The notes below the pieces were generated by a model. That model was given only the letters and a program-made list of their open reading frames with translations, had not been told where the DNA came from and ran no database searches. This document shows positions 34,518 to 45,827 of a DNA stretch of 64,000 nucleotides, one piece after another. The DNA is taken from IMG/VR virus record IMGVR_UViG_3300035698_018317, positions 1-64,000 of that record. One strand, written 5' to 3'. How positions within the stretch are numbered: position 1 is the stretch's first letter; each line of letters begins with the position of its first letter. The translations under genes were made by a program, and so were the position numbers.

Positions 34518-35003
34518 ATGCCTTTATTGCCGCAACCAACAAATCCTGTTGTAGGGAACCTCTTTCAAGCAATGAATAAACCTTCAACAGTAGGACAAAT
34601 ACAGAGGGGGAGTATAGTTGTCTTCAATTATATGATGTGGAGACATGACCCTTATCCTTTAGTTCTTGTTAGTAGCACAAGACCCGGACAAGGCATTAAA
34701 GGGGTTAATCTTCATTATTTGACATTCCCATACATCAAACAATTATTAAGAAATAGTTTGATGTTTTCCTACAGCAGTATTAAAGGGGATAAATATATGG
34801 TGAAATCATTCAGAAGTTATAAGTGGAATGGTATTCGTCAAGTAAAAGTTTTAGATACAGATTTCCTTTTAAGAGTAATGGGCACAGTAAGGTCGTTTGA
34901 CCCTAATCAAATTCAAGCAATACGAGAATCAGTACAAGAACAAATAAATCGTGTGGTAAATCCTCCAGCAGAACCTACACAACCTACAGGAGTTTTGGGA
35001 TAA
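34518..35003 (+). CDS. T4 gp2-like DNA end-protector protein
   Basis: VFNY...DPYPLVLV...GVNLHYL resembles the gp2 family pattern. Confidence 0.55.
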   Translation: MPLLPQPTNPVVGNLFQAMNKPSTVGQIQRGSIVVFNYMMWRHDPYPLVLVSSTRPGQGIKGVNLHYLTFPYIKQLLRNSLMFSYSSIKGDKYMVKSFRSYKWNGIRQVKVLDTDFLLRVMGTVRSFDPNQIQAIRESVQEQINRVVNPPAEPTQPTGVLG

Positions 35004-35082
35004 ATTTGATTATGAAGAACTAAATAGAATTAGGAGTCCTCACCCCGTTCACAAAGATGTTTCTAACTAGACGGAAATAAAT

Positions 35083-38000
35083 ATGGCACAAGATGGTATC
35101 GGAAGACAAATAGGCGATGTTGATGCTCAGCAACTCATGTCACAGATGATGAAGACTCTTGATGCGCAGAAAAAAGGCAAAAGTAAACCTTCGAAAGACA
35201 CAAAGGAAATGCTTGACCTTCTTACGAAGATGAGCGAGGACATAGAAGAAAGTCTAGAAGCAACTAAAACGTATTACAAAGAAGTAAAAAAATTCCAAAA
35301 CGACGAAAAGAAAACAGATAAAAAACAATTAAAAAATGATGTTGGGGTTCAGAAAGCATTAAATGATGTTGTAGCAGGCATGAAGAAAGGTGCTGGCGGC
35401 TTTGGTGGAGGTCTCGGTGGAGGCGGTGGCAAGGGCGGTGGCGGTGGTGCTGGCGGTGGGGGCTTGTCCGGTGGCAACAAAGCTTTAAGCATAGCAAGTG
35501 GTCAAATAACTGGAATGCTTGGTGGCACTGGAATGCTACAAAATATTTGGAAAGGAACTGTAGAGCATGAGATAGAATTCATGCAAAACATGCGTAAAAT
35601 TGCTTTCCAAACTCAAGGAATAACTGGTGACACTGAGGGACTACAAAAAGCATGGCAGGAAACAGGAAAGGTTGTAGCTCAAACAGGTAAAAACTTAACT
35701 ATGTTCCAAAGGACATTGGTTACACAATTGAAAAAAGGTGTGATGAGTCGTGAAGACGAGCTTAAATTAACCAAAACAAGTTTGAACTTATCAACAATGA
35801 TTGGTTCTCAAGCAGGGGCAACCGCAGACACCTTCCATAATATGCACGTAAGTCTTGGATTAAGTAATAATCAAATGGCTGAATTTTCTCGTGGTGCTCA
35901 AGAGGTTGCAAAATCTACTGGAGTTACAGGAGATAATTTACTTAAAGCAGTAAGTGCTGCTGAAGGTCTTGTCAAAGCAATGAGAAATGCTGCCACTATG
36001 AGTGCGCAAGCATCTAAAAATATATTAGCTATACAAGCTGGTGCTCAAAAGATGGGCGTCGGCGAACAAACCGATAAACTGATGAGGGGAATGGCTAGTA
36101 GTGCAGAATTGTATTTAAAAGCATCATCAGGCACACAAGCATTGTTATTCCAAGCGGCTGGTACTATGGGGAGGATGAATGAACTAACCAGTGGTACTAT
36201 TGCAAATAGTAAAGCTGGTATGGCAGATATGGCCCAAGGTTTGGAGCAAATATTCAAGAACTTTGGGACAACCATGGAAGGTATAGATAATTTAAGTCCT
36301 CAGAGATTAATGCAACTTAACATTGCTCTTGAATCCGCATATGGCATACAAGCTGGAGAGCTAAAAAGAGTCGTTAAAAATATCCAAGAACAATCAATGA
36401 CTTATGGACAAGTTGTAGGCAAATTGACTAAAGAGATGAAAAATGCCAATTTGACTACAGAAGAAAGAATTCATTTAGAGAAAAGACTTGCTGATGTTCA
36501 TATGGGTGCGGGATTCTCATTCTTAACAGCAGTTGATGAAGCTGGCAAAAAAGCCAAATCACTACCTGATGCTATATCAAAAGCAACGAAAAAACTGGGT
36601 CCAGAATTAATTAATGAATTAGGTCTTAAGGGAATGGGGCCATTACAAAAATTCCAGAAAATGGCGTTGCTTACTGCAAATAAATTAAAAGAAGCAGGAG
36701 GAAAAGATTTTTCTGCTGACATACAAAATGCAATTTCTGGAGGAGATGTAGGAAAAGTTCGAGAATTATTGTCTGACATGAATACCGAACAACAGAAAAT
36801 AGGTATTGCACAAGCTAAAAACTTAGACCCAATTACTGCAATTCAACATACCACAGATAAAATAAACGAAAGTATTCGTGCCCTTACTGGTCCTCTTATT
36901 ATAGGAGTTCTGGGAATTTTAGGGCAAACAGGTCTTATGGCAGCATATCTTCTCGCTATGCTGGCACAAATGGGCGTCTTTGGCAAAATGGCCGGTGGAA
37001 TTAAGAAATTATTTGGTGGTGGCGGTGGTGGGGCCGCTGCTGGAGCTAGTAAAGTTAGTCAAGGATTCGGGGGCAAGGCTGCTGGGGGAGCTATCGGCGG
37101 TGCTGCTGGGGGAGGTGGCGGAGCAGACGCTATAAATAAACCAGTTGGCATGATGGGCAAAGTTGGGGAAGCAATTAAAAATGGAATAAAGAAGCTTAAA
37201 ACATTTAAATTTGCCGATGCCAAAAAACTAGTAGGATTACTGTTAAAGGGAGCTGTTGTTATTATCCTTTTATCGACGGCATTAATAGCTATAGCGGCAG
37301 CTATCATCCTAATTGCTAAAGGCATTTTGTACTTAACAGGCATGGACCCACAAGAGGCTGTTGATACTGCAATGGTAATAGCTAAATTATTATTTGCAGT
37401 GGCATTAATTGCCGGAGCAGTATTGCTAGGAGCAGCAGGATTATCTGTACTGGCTCTTTTACTTCCTGCTGTTGGTTGGATTGCATTAGCGATGGGATTA
37501 GGAGCGATTGCTTTAATGGCTCTTACTGCACCTTTAATTCTTTTAGCTGGTGCAATAATAAGTTTTACTCAAGGAATGTTAGAAACAGTTCCTAATCCAG
37601 AAGAAGCCTCTAAAGTTGTCGGTAATTTAGCAAGTGTTTTGTGGACTGCTGCAAAAATCGCAGGAGTTATTATTGGAATGACTGCCATGTTGACTGGATT
37701 AGCTGTAATGGCATTCTTTACTTGGATATTAATTCCTTTAATGTATCTTGGAGGGATAGCGTTAATGGCTCTTGCTCCTGCCGTTATATGGTTTGCTGGA
37801 GCAATAATAAGTTTGACATCATCATTATTGTCAACTATTCCTGACCCAAAAGCCGCTGCTGAGACAGCAACAAATTTATCTGATATTTTGGAATCCACTG
37901 GGTCAATTGCAGACTCTATAATTAAGGGTGTAGGTCAATTAGAAAAATTAGGGGAAATATCTATATGGTCCATAATATTTGGAGATGCAGCTAGAGGATT

Positions 38001-39594
38001 GTGGATAATTGGCCCTGTTGTAGGTATGTTAGCGAGGGCAATTAACAATATCATAACCATTCTTAAAGCAGCTTTTCCAAATGCATCAGGAGTTACCCAT
38101 AATATAAAAATAGCACAAGAAGTAATGGAAGCCATGACTTCTGTGATAGAGTCTATATCTGAAACATCTGATGCGATGGCAGGATTGGCAGCATTAACAG
38201 ATAAATGGATGTTTGGTATTTTTGGAGACAGCATCGCAGATGACATCAGAGAAGCAATCCCCGGATTAACAAAACTAGTAAGTTCTATGGCAGATTTTAC
38301 TAAGTCTGTAATAAACATTCTTCAAAAGAAGTTCCCCAATGAGGAAGGGGTTACCCACAATATAAAAATTGCTAAAGATGTTTTAGTTACTATGTCAGAA
38401 ATGTTGATGTCTTTCAGTGAGGCATCAGGTGCAATGAGTGAGCATTTAGTAGGGCTAACTGATAATTGGTTCTGGTTTGATTCGGTTGCGGATGATATTA
38501 CAGAATCAATGCCAGAATTAAAAAAACTCGTAGGTTCTATGGCAGAATTTACTGGGGGTGTAATAGACATTCTTAAAAGAGAATTCCCTAACAAGGAAGG
38601 CGTTGCGCACAATATAAATGTTGCCGCAAAGGTTTTAACAGCAATTGCTACAGCGATGACTAAGATAGCAGAAGTGACTGATGTTCTTGGTGAAAAATTA
38701 ATGCCATTAACTGATAGTTGGTTCTGGTTTGATTCTGTTGCAGACGATATTTTAGAATCAACAGATGATTTTAAAATATTTTTCCAAAGTATAACTACCT
38801 TTTTCAAAGAAGGGATTATCGGTCCAATTGATGGTCTTTTCTTAGATAATGGAGACAAAACAGTACAGAGCCTTATAAATCTGGCAAAATTAATTTCTGT
38901 TCTTCCTGAGTTCATAAATGGTGTTGGGGGAAAAATGGAAAAGCTTATGTCTGGTAACTCTAGTTTGGAAAAATTAGCTGGAATGAAAGACTCGTTTGGA
39001 GATAAATTCAGAGGAGTATCTGAATTTATTAAGCAAGGAATTCTTGACCCAATTGACGCATTGCCTGCTGCTAGTGAAATAAATAAATCATTACAAAAGG
39101 TGAATATACTATCCAATGTTTTGGGAAAACTTGTTGGTGTAATGGACCATCTTTCAAAAATCATGTCCATAATGTCTAGGACTAAGTTTGAGCCATCAAA
39201 AGCTGTTGAAGAAATAAATGGTTTAATGGCTTCTCTTGGGGGAATAGGAGGCGCTGATTTAGGAGAAGCAAAAACTGGAACTGCAATGACAGCACCAATG
39301 TCTGATGCTCATGACAAAATAAGAGCTAGACGTGCTTTAGAAAAAGAACAAAGTGGTGGTGGTAGTGGAGATATGGCACAAATTTCTGCTTCGACTTTGG
39401 ACCAAATATCTTTGTTGGGCATACTGCACGAAGATAATATGAAGATTATTAACTTGCTAACACCTTCTGATTTAACAGGAAGTGAGGAAACAGCTTCTAC
39501 TATGACTCAGAATAATAACCCAGCAACTCCGGCCCAATATGGAGGTTGGCAACAGGGTACTTCTAGCAAGAATACCACTAGAGGCGTAACATAA
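35083..39594 (+). CDS. Tail tape measure protein
   Basis: 1503 aa, Ala/Gly/Met-rich helical, hydrophobic mid-region, internal repeats; directly upstream of baseplate genes. Confidence 0.85.
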   Translation: MAQDGIGRQIGDVDAQQLMSQMMKTLDAQKKGKSKPSKDTKEMLDLLTKMSEDIEESLEATKTYYKEVKKFQNDEKKTDKKQLKNDVGVQKALNDVVAGMKKGAGGFGGGLGGGGGKGGGGGAGGGGLSGGNKALSIASGQITGMLGGTGMLQNIWKGTVEHEIEFMQNMRKIAFQTQGITGDTEGLQKAWQETGKVVAQTGKNLTMFQRTLVTQLKKGVMSREDELKLTKTSLNLSTMIGSQAGATADTFHNMHVSLGLSNNQMAEFSRGAQEVAKSTGVTGDNLLKAVSAAEGLVKAMRNAATMSAQASKNILAIQAGAQKMGVGEQTDKLMRGMASSAELYLKASSGTQALLFQAAGTMGRMNELTSGTIANSKAGMADMAQGLEQIFKNFGTTMEGIDNLSPQRLMQLNIALESAYGIQAGELKRVVKNIQEQSMTYGQVVGKLTKEMKNANLTTEERIHLEKRLADVHMGAGFSFLTAVDEAGKKAKSLPDAISKATKKLGPELINELGLKGMGPLQKFQKMALLTANKLKEAGGKDFSADIQNAISGGDVGKVRELLSDMNTEQQKIGIAQAKNLDPITAIQHTTDKINESIRALTGPLIIGVLGILGQTGLMAAYLLAMLAQMGVFGKMAGGIKKLFGGGGGGAAAGASKVSQGFGGKAAGGAIGGAAGGGGGADAINKPVGMMGKVGEAIKNGIKKLKTFKFADAKKLVGLLLKGAVVIILLSTALIAIAAAIILIAKGILYLTGMDPQEAVDTAMVIAKLLFAVALIAGAVLLGAAGLSVLALLLPAVGWIALAMGLGAIALMALTAPLILLAGAIISFTQGMLETVPNPEEASKVVGNLASVLWTAAKIAGVIIGMTAMLTGLAVMAFFTWILIPLMYLGGIALMALAPAVIWFAGAIISLTSSLLSTIPDPKAAAETATNLSDILESTGSIADSIIKGVGQLEKLGEISIWSIIFGDAARGLWIIGPVVGMLARAINNIITILKAAFPNASGVTHNIKIAQEVMEAMTSVIESISETSDAMAGLAALTDKWMFGIFGDSIADDIREAIPGLTKLVSSMADFTKSVINILQKKFPNEEGVTHNIKIAKDVLVTMSEMLMSFSEASGAMSEHLVGLTDNWFWFDSVADDITESMPELKKLVGSMAEFTGGVIDILKREFPNKEGVAHNINVAAKVLTAIATAMTKIAEVTDVLGEKLMPLTDSWFWFDSVADDILESTDDFKIFFQSITTFFKEGIIGPIDGLFLDNGDKTVQSLINLAKLISVLPEFINGVGGKMEKLMSGNSSLEKLAGMKDSFGDKFRGVSEFIKQGILDPIDALPAASEINKSLQKVNILSNVLGKLVGVMDHLSKIMSIMSRTKFEPSKAVEEINGLMASLGGIGGADLGEAKTGTAMTAPMSDAHDKIRARRALEKEQSGGGSGDMAQISASTLDQISLLGILHEDNMKIINLLTPSDLTGSEETASTMTQNNNPATPAQYGGWQQGTSSKNTTRGVT

Positions 39595-39606
39595 GAATAG
39601 GATAAC

Positions 39607-40143
39607 ATGGCAAACGGAAAAGCAACACTTGCTGGTGGCACACTTATAGAAATAGAAAATTGCTATATAGATGTTCCTAATTTTCAAAAAATTAAGATGA
39701 AAGCGCTTCCTGAATTAAGCGATTCCAAAAGTGCCTCATATAATGATGAGTCAATTATGGGAAGAGCTTTTCCATTAAAAACTTATTCTCACTCAGAAAA
39801 TAGAGCAATCTCAATGACTGTTCATTTCTACACTATTCAAGAAAAAGATAAAGATGAAAACTTAAGAGCCATGAGAGCTTTAGAAAGTGCCGTATATCCG
39901 AGAGAACAAAATGGTATGCCGTTTGTGCCTCCAGTAGTATGTAAAATTAAGTGTGGAAAATTATTGGCGGATGAGGATTTATGTGTTGTTTTAAAATCTT
40001 ATTCAGTAAAATTTCCCACAGATGTTGTCTGGGATACAACTACTTATCTACCATATAAGTTTGACGTAGAAACAACGTGGGAAGTAGTTTATAAAAGTAC
40101 AGATTTGCCGGGACAAAAAAAGATACTACAATCGGGCGGCTAG
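39607..40143 (+). CDS. Baseplate/tail-tube initiator-like protein
   Basis: Follows the tape measure; SASYNDESIMGRAFP..YS.S..R.ISMTVHF and PPVVC.I pattern. Confidence 0.55.
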   Translation: MANGKATLAGGTLIEIENCYIDVPNFQKIKMKALPELSDSKSASYNDESIMGRAFPLKTYSHSENRAISMTVHFYTIQEKDKDENLRAMRALESAVYPREQNGMPFVPPVVCKIKCGKLLADEDLCVVLKSYSVKFPTDVVWDTTTYLPYKFDVETTWEVVYKSTDLPGQKKILQSGG

Positions 40144-40154
40144 GAGAGAGAGCG

Positions 40155-40487
40155 ATGGCTAACAAAATAGAAAGAACTGAAATTCCAGCTACCGATATGG
40201 TAGACCCTTTAAGTCGATATGTTAATAGCGAAGTAATTTATTATGGAAAAAATAATCTTCTTACTTTCACCACATATAAAAGACAAGAAGTTGCAGCAGA
40301 CCAATCTGAAGATAAGTTTACAGTGATTACTTCAGGCAACGAATATCGTCCTGATAAATTATCTACTCAAGCATATGGCGCTCCTGATTTGTGGTGGAAG
40401 ATTATGGAAGCAAATGGCATATTTGATATTTGGGATTTCAAAGCTGGAATAAACATTCGCTTACCTTCAGACGCTAATATATTTTAA
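40155..40487 (+). CDS. Baseplate wedge protein, gp53/LysM-like
   Basis: YRPDKLS..AYG.PDLWWKIMEANGI. Confidence 0.75.
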   Translation: MANKIERTEIPATDMVDPLSRYVNSEVIYYGKNNLLTFTTYKRQEVAADQSEDKFTVITSGNEYRPDKLSTQAYGAPDLWWKIMEANGIFDIWDFKAGINIRLPSDANIF

Positions 40488-40496
40488 GGAGAATTG

Positions 40497-41924
40497 ATGC
40501 CTCAAAACGCTTGCACAACACTTAAAGGACGCAGACCCATTGACGGGTCCAATATATCTCCATTTGTTCATTTTGGGTTACGAAAAAGTTCTGGTTTTAG
40601 AGAGGGTGAATGGATAAGTGTCGGTAACATTTCTACTTCAGAAAGTTTAGGGAGAGAGGCGGTCATAAAAAGTTTTGAATTCGGAGCATCTGATGGGGTA
40701 ACAGCTACTATAGAAATTCTTGATGAACGTGGAGGTGCTTTTGATGCATCTGTAAGAGCAATGACATCATCTTTAGAAAATTTAGGCACAGCAGTATTCT
40801 GGTGGGGATGGATAGTTACTGATTGCGTAACTGGTGCCACTAGAATGGAAAAAGCAGGTCCAATTTATTTAAATTTAATAGACATGAATGTTACTTTTAG
40901 TGGTGGAAAAGTAAAATATAAAATAAACTGCAAAGATGCAGGAGGAATAGCAAAAGATATAACTGGTGAAGATAGCATTTGGGGTGATGAGAAAAATCCA
41001 ATGGGGATAAAAGATGGTCTAAAGAGGATGATGGAATCTACAGACCCAAAAATTAACATTAAATGGATTAACAAAGATGGCAAAGAGGGAGCCGTAGACT
41101 TCAAAGGCGACCCTAAAGGCGTATGGGAATCAAATGGTCAAGATAAATTAACTATTGTTTCAGAATGGCTGGAAAGTTTCGTTACTACAAATGATAGAGG
41201 AACATATCCTGTCTGGGATTATACAAAAGAAGAACCTACATTGTTGTTAATAGAATCAGGTAATCCCGCTTGTTATTCTACTAATTCTCAGAGAAAACCT
41301 TTTGCGGGTATTTATGTTGTAAATGGAGGAAAAGACAGTAATGTTATTTCGTTTAACCCTAGCTTAAATTGGAAGAGTTTTTGGTCCAAAGCAACCACTA
41401 GAGGTGGCTCTAGTGGTGCCCCTGCAACGGGTAAAATGGTAAGTAAAAACGAAGAAGGTGTAAAATGCGAGGCCAAATGGCAAAGCGAAAATCTAGGTAA
41501 ACAACAAAGCGTGACCGTTAACCGAAACAGCCAATGGAATGACGGAAAAGAAGGAAAAGATAAAGTTAACAAAAACCAAGTCACAAATAACCAAGCAAAT
41601 AGTGTTATAGTGTCAGCCGGACCAGTAAATGCAGAATTGAAGATGCAAGGTCAAGTAGATGACCAATTTTGGCACCCAACTCAATGCATAGGTCGAGATG
41701 CCCACATTGTTTTGATAAACCCTTTTCATTTGAGAGCGAAAGATGGTTGTGAGTGGTTAGCAGAGCCAGTTTGTAATGAAATATTCACTTCTAAAGAATG
41801 GTTAATCCAAGGAGTTGCACATTCTATTAGAGAAGGTTCATTTGTTACTACTTTAAAAGTAATGTTACCTCCTCCTTATGGTGGAAGTGGCAAAGGCGGT
41901 AAAACTTTAGAAGCGTGGTCATAA
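40497..41924 (+). CDS. Baseplate hub protein (gp27/gpD-like)
   Basis: Position between the LysM-like and spike genes; C-terminal WLIQGVAHSI..GSFVTTL. Confidence 0.6.
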   Translation: MPQNACTTLKGRRPIDGSNISPFVHFGLRKSSGFREGEWISVGNISTSESLGREAVIKSFEFGASDGVTATIEILDERGGAFDASVRAMTSSLENLGTAVFWWGWIVTDCVTGATRMEKAGPIYLNLIDMNVTFSGGKVKYKINCKDAGGIAKDITGEDSIWGDEKNPMGIKDGLKRMMESTDPKINIKWINKDGKEGAVDFKGDPKGVWESNGQDKLTIVSEWLESFVTTNDRGTYPVWDYTKEEPTLLLIESGNPACYSTNSQRKPFAGIYVVNGGKDSNVISFNPSLNWKSFWSKATTRGGSSGAPATGKMVSKNEEGVKCEAKWQSENLGKQQSVTVNRNSQWNDGKEGKDKVNKNQVTNNQANSVIVSAGPVNAELKMQGQVDDQFWHPTQCIGRDAHIVLINPFHLRAKDGCEWLAEPVCNEIFTSKEWLIQGVAHSIREGSFVTTLKVMLPPPYGGSGKGGKTLEAWS

Positions 41925-41925
41925 T

Positions 41926-43818
41926 ATGGGTAAATTTGCAGATACATTTAAAAAGATGGAGCAAAGGATAAAATTCCTTGAAGGAAGATTTTCCGAATCT
42001 GGGTATGATATTGAGAAGATTGTCCATTCTCAATTAGGAACTATTCCTCAAGACCCACAACAGCATACCTTGTTTGGGATGTATACTGCTTTAGTTATTG
42101 ATACGGCTGACCCTCTCAAACAAAACAGAATAAGGTTTTTCACTCCTCTTCTTCATAATTTGAAAACAACAATAGAGTCTCTTCCATGGGCATATCCAAT
42201 TTCGTCTATGGGCGGGTTTGATGATTCTGGTCTTAGTTGGGTTCCCCCTGCTGGTTCCACAGCATGTTTGATATTTGCAGCGGGGAATAAAGCTTCTCCT
42301 TATTATATGGGAACAACATGGCATAGGGATAGAGGCCCAGACGGAGAACATAACTGGGGATATAATGTAAAAGAATATTACGATATTCATGAAGGTCACA
42401 GAAAAGGGTTTCTTGTTGGAGAAAATGATGGTTCTCAAGTGTTACCTCCATGGAATACTGAAAATTATAATGGAATAGATGTAGATTCTATCAACGATTT
42501 CATTGAAGACCCAGAAGCTCAAAGAAAAATCACATATTCAAACATTTATGGGTTTAAAACTCCTCAAAAACACATGTTGAAAATGGTGGATGGAGATTAT
42601 AAATGTGCCCATAAAAATAAAAGAATGGAAATGATGTCTAGTGGGGGCAATTGGCTCGTATTTAAAGATGATTTTTTACATTCATTTAATCCAGATAGTA
42701 CAACAGATGATGGATGTCCACCTGACGACCTCGAAACTGAATGTGTCACTGGCAGCGATGCAGTAGCAGGAAGTCCTTATTTTAAAAATGAGAATGAACT
42801 TACACCTTGGGTTGGAGTGGGCACTCCACAAGCAAACAAGGCGGAATTACCACAATCAGGAATACAGTTCCTTAGTAGGTCAGGTCATACTTTTGGTATG
42901 GATGATTCTGTAGAAGAACCGACTGGTGTGCCGGAATGGGAAACAAGTATAGAAGACTTTGATTTTGGTTGCACTGATAAATTTACCGGGAAATCTTTTT
43001 GGGTGAGTGCCACTGGTCATCGAATTGAGATGAGTGATAAAGAAGTAGAAACTAATGTAAGAGGAGAAGAAAATTACATTAGAATACTTAGTGCTTCTGG
43101 AAATAAAATAGAATTAAATGACCATAGTTTAGATGAAGAAACAGCAGGGTCTAAAAGAGGAATAACTCTTGAGTCTACTAGTAAACATACTATTGAAATG
43201 ATAGATGAAGAGAATGTTCAAGGCTCTCCACCAAGAAAAGAAGGGGGAGAACCTAAAGCTAAAGCTAAAAAAGCTTTTATAAAAATAAGAAGTGGTTATG
43301 GGTTGGAAATCATGATGAATGATACAAACTCTCAAGAAGAGACGGCAGACCAATATATACAAATTTTTGCACCTCAAAAAGATAATACTCTTCGTGGTCC
43401 ACATCAATTGAGATTTCAAGAAGCAGCAGAGGGTCCGGGCCAAGTATTTCTTAGAGTAGGTGGAGATTATTTTTGTTCAACATATGATGGTCATACAACC
43501 ATTGTTGGTGATGTAGATAATAATCCATCAGATATGTTTGTAAATGTAAGTAACAATACCGTACATAATTCGGCTCAGTTCTATTATAACATAGCAGATT
43601 TGCATATGTTATGGTCTAAACGAGTTATGTTCTTGTTAGCCGGAGAGGATTATGAGGTTGACGGCGAATTAGGGCCGGGTATGTTCCCGGTGTTATGTCA
43701 AGCTCCATGGGGAGTTGTGACAAGCGACAGAGTTTATGCTTCTGCTTCTCCAGATGCAGCTTGTACATCCGTATATAGTTTAATGCCGTTTCATCAGTGT
43801 GATAGTGGAGACGCATAA
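41926..43818 (+). CDS. Baseplate central spike (gp5/VgrG-like, OB-fold)
   Basis: ALVIDTADPLKQNRIR, WAYP, VPPAGS...F..G..PYYMG, and repeated SGH.IE beta segments. Confidence 0.8.
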   Translation: MGKFADTFKKMEQRIKFLEGRFSESGYDIEKIVHSQLGTIPQDPQQHTLFGMYTALVIDTADPLKQNRIRFFTPLLHNLKTTIESLPWAYPISSMGGFDDSGLSWVPPAGSTACLIFAAGNKASPYYMGTTWHRDRGPDGEHNWGYNVKEYYDIHEGHRKGFLVGENDGSQVLPPWNTENYNGIDVDSINDFIEDPEAQRKITYSNIYGFKTPQKHMLKMVDGDYKCAHKNKRMEMMSSGGNWLVFKDDFLHSFNPDSTTDDGCPPDDLETECVTGSDAVAGSPYFKNENELTPWVGVGTPQANKAELPQSGIQFLSRSGHTFGMDDSVEEPTGVPEWETSIEDFDFGCTDKFTGKSFWVSATGHRIEMSDKEVETNVRGEENYIRILSASGNKIELNDHSLDEETAGSKRGITLESTSKHTIEMIDEENVQGSPPRKEGGEPKAKAKKAFIKIRSGYGLEIMMNDTNSQEETADQYIQIFAPQKDNTLRGPHQLRFQEAAEGPGQVFLRVGGDYFCSTYDGHTTIVGDVDNNPSDMFVNVSNNTVHNSAQFYYNIADLHMLWSKRVMFLLAGEDYEVDGELGPGMFPVLCQAPWGVVTSDRVYASASPDAACTSVYSLMPFHQCDSGDA

Positions 43819-44243
43819 TGGAAATTTTAGGACTACCGTATCCGATACAAAAAGACCCCAGAGGATTTTTGCATACTCAAAAAGGAGTAGAACAAGTTAA
43901 ATCCGATATGTTGGTTTTATTGCTTACGAATCCCGGTGAGAGAGTTATGTTACCAGAATTTGGAACTCCATTAAGAGACTTAATGTTTGAACCTAATGAT
44001 GGACAAATAGAAGCAAAAGCAAGAGAAATGATAATTGATTCTATCAATTTGTGGGAGCCAAGAATTGTAGTTAGTGCAATAGAGGTTTCCTCAGACGTTG
44101 ATACAGACGATTTGAACCCCCAAGACAACCAAACACAAAAAGAACATGTATTAAGTATAAAAATTATGTTCTCTGACCCCGAAAATATTCAGCAGATTCA
44201 AGAATTAAAATTGAATTTACCATTAGATGCTGGTTTAGGATAA
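43818..44243 (+). CDS. Baseplate wedge gp25-like protein
   Basis: LLLTNPGERVMLPEFGTPL..LMFEP..WEPRI. Confidence 0.9.
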   Translation: MEILGLPYPIQKDPRGFLHTQKGVEQVKSDMLVLLLTNPGERVMLPEFGTPLRDLMFEPNDGQIEAKAREMIIDSINLWEPRIVVSAIEVSSDVDTDDLNPQDNQTQKEHVLSIKIMFSDPENIQQIQELKLNLPLDAGLG

Positions 44244-44250
44244 ATAAAAT

Positions 44251-45819
44251 ATGCCGACATTAAATACAACACCGACGCCTTATGAAGAATCTGGAATAGT
44301 TAAGAAGCCTAATATATTAAGCCTTAGTTATACCAATCAAGATTTTTGGTCTATGAAGGCTAGATTGATTCAGTTCATTAATGAGAGATTTGGCCCTAAT
44401 GGAACTGTCCTACCAAATACATTTAATGATTTGGTAGAATCATCTGTAGCAATAATGCAGATAGAGAACTGGTCTTTCTTGGCTGATACTTTATCGTTTA
44501 AGATAGACCAAATTGTAAATGAAATATTCATAGACACAGTTACCGAAATAGATAACGCATTTAGATTATCTAAATTAGTAGGTTTTCAACCACAAGCACC
44601 AATAGCTTCTCGTTCGATGTGGGTTGCAACAATGAACAATCCATTATTAACAGATATTTCAATCAATACCCCTATTGCTGTAGATGTTGTTTCTGATAAT
44701 ACGCCTATCACAATAGAGCTATTCCAAGCAGACATCTTTAGGAACCCATTGTTTGATTCCCCAATAATAATCCCTGCTGGAAGTGTTACTAATACCAGCA
44801 TTATAGGATTAGAGGGAAGAACTAGAGTTGATACAATTACGGGCGATGGCTCTGTAAGTCAAACATATCAACTCGAAGATTTCCCGGTAATTTATGATTC
44901 TGTTCGTGTAACTGTTGATGGGGTATTATGGGACCAAGTAACTTATTTTACAGATTCGAATCCAAGACGAGAATATAGAATAGAATTTGATTCTGATTGG
45001 AATTGTTTTTTAATTTTCGGAAACAACAGAGCGGGTGTTATTCCATCAGTAAATTCTCAAATTCAAGCAACCTACAGAGTAGGTGGCGGAACTGTCGGTA
45101 ATATCGTAACTGGATATGTACAAACACAAACTCAAGTAAGTGTTCCGGGGTTAGGATATGCTGTGCCTGTTGATTTAAGAAACTACACAAGAGGCGAATT
45201 TGGCTACGACGGAGATACTATTGAGGATATAAGGTTAAAACTCCCATTGTGGCTACGTACCCAAGACAGGGCCGTATCAGGAGAAGATTATAAAATATTA
45301 GCAGACCAATTTGTGACAACATATCATGGACAAATTGGGAAATCAACAGCGGTACTTAGAAATCATGGATGTTCTGGAAACATAATAGATTTATATGTAT
45401 TAGCGAAAGATGGTATAAACGGTCTACAAGAAGCAGGGAATGAATTAAAAGTAGACTTAAATGAAGAGCTTGTTGATAAAAAAATGTTCACTGATTTCAT
45501 TTGTATTAAAGATGGAACTATTGTAGAGGTAGACGTACAGGTTGATGTAGCAATGGATAAATTCTACAAAAGGTCAGAAGCCGAATTTAGAACTCAAATA
45601 ATAAATAAAATTAATGAATTCTTTGATTTGAATAATTGGGAGTATGGAAAAACATTGCGAGATACTGATTTAATAAGAAGTCTATCAGACATCAAAGAAA
45701 TAGCGACAATGGACATTAATTTTGTAAAATTATCTGGTGATGATGGAACAACAATAACTACTAATTTTTTCGAAATCATCCGACCAGATGAAACAGACGT
45801 AGCGTTCATATACTCATAA
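44251..45819 (+). CDS. Baseplate wedge gp6/J-like protein
   Basis: YTNQDF, YRVGGG..GN and QDRAVSGEDY. Confidence 0.85.
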   Translation: MPTLNTTPTPYEESGIVKKPNILSLSYTNQDFWSMKARLIQFINERFGPNGTVLPNTFNDLVESSVAIMQIENWSFLADTLSFKIDQIVNEIFIDTVTEIDNAFRLSKLVGFQPQAPIASRSMWVATMNNPLLTDISINTPIAVDVVSDNTPITIELFQADIFRNPLFDSPIIIPAGSVTNTSIIGLEGRTRVDTITGDGSVSQTYQLEDFPVIYDSVRVTVDGVLWDQVTYFTDSNPRREYRIEFDSDWNCFLIFGNNRAGVIPSVNSQIQATYRVGGGTVGNIVTGYVQTQTQVSVPGLGYAVPVDLRNYTRGEFGYDGDTIEDIRLKLPLWLRTQDRAVSGEDYKILADQFVTTYHGQIGKSTAVLRNHGCSGNIIDLYVLAKDGINGLQEAGNELKVDLNEELVDKKMFTDFICIKDGTIVEVDVQVDVAMDKFYKRSEAEFRTQIINKINEFFDLNNWEYGKTLRDTDLIRSLSDIKEIATMDINFVKLSGDDGTTITTNFFEIIRPDETDVAFIYS

Positions 45820-45827
45820 GGAGTGAA

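Noticed and set aside
35264-39170. Long antisense ORFs inside the tape measure (for example the 282-aa ORF at 38322-39170)
   Set aside because: Shadow frames of a long biased coding sequence, with no SD or motifs.
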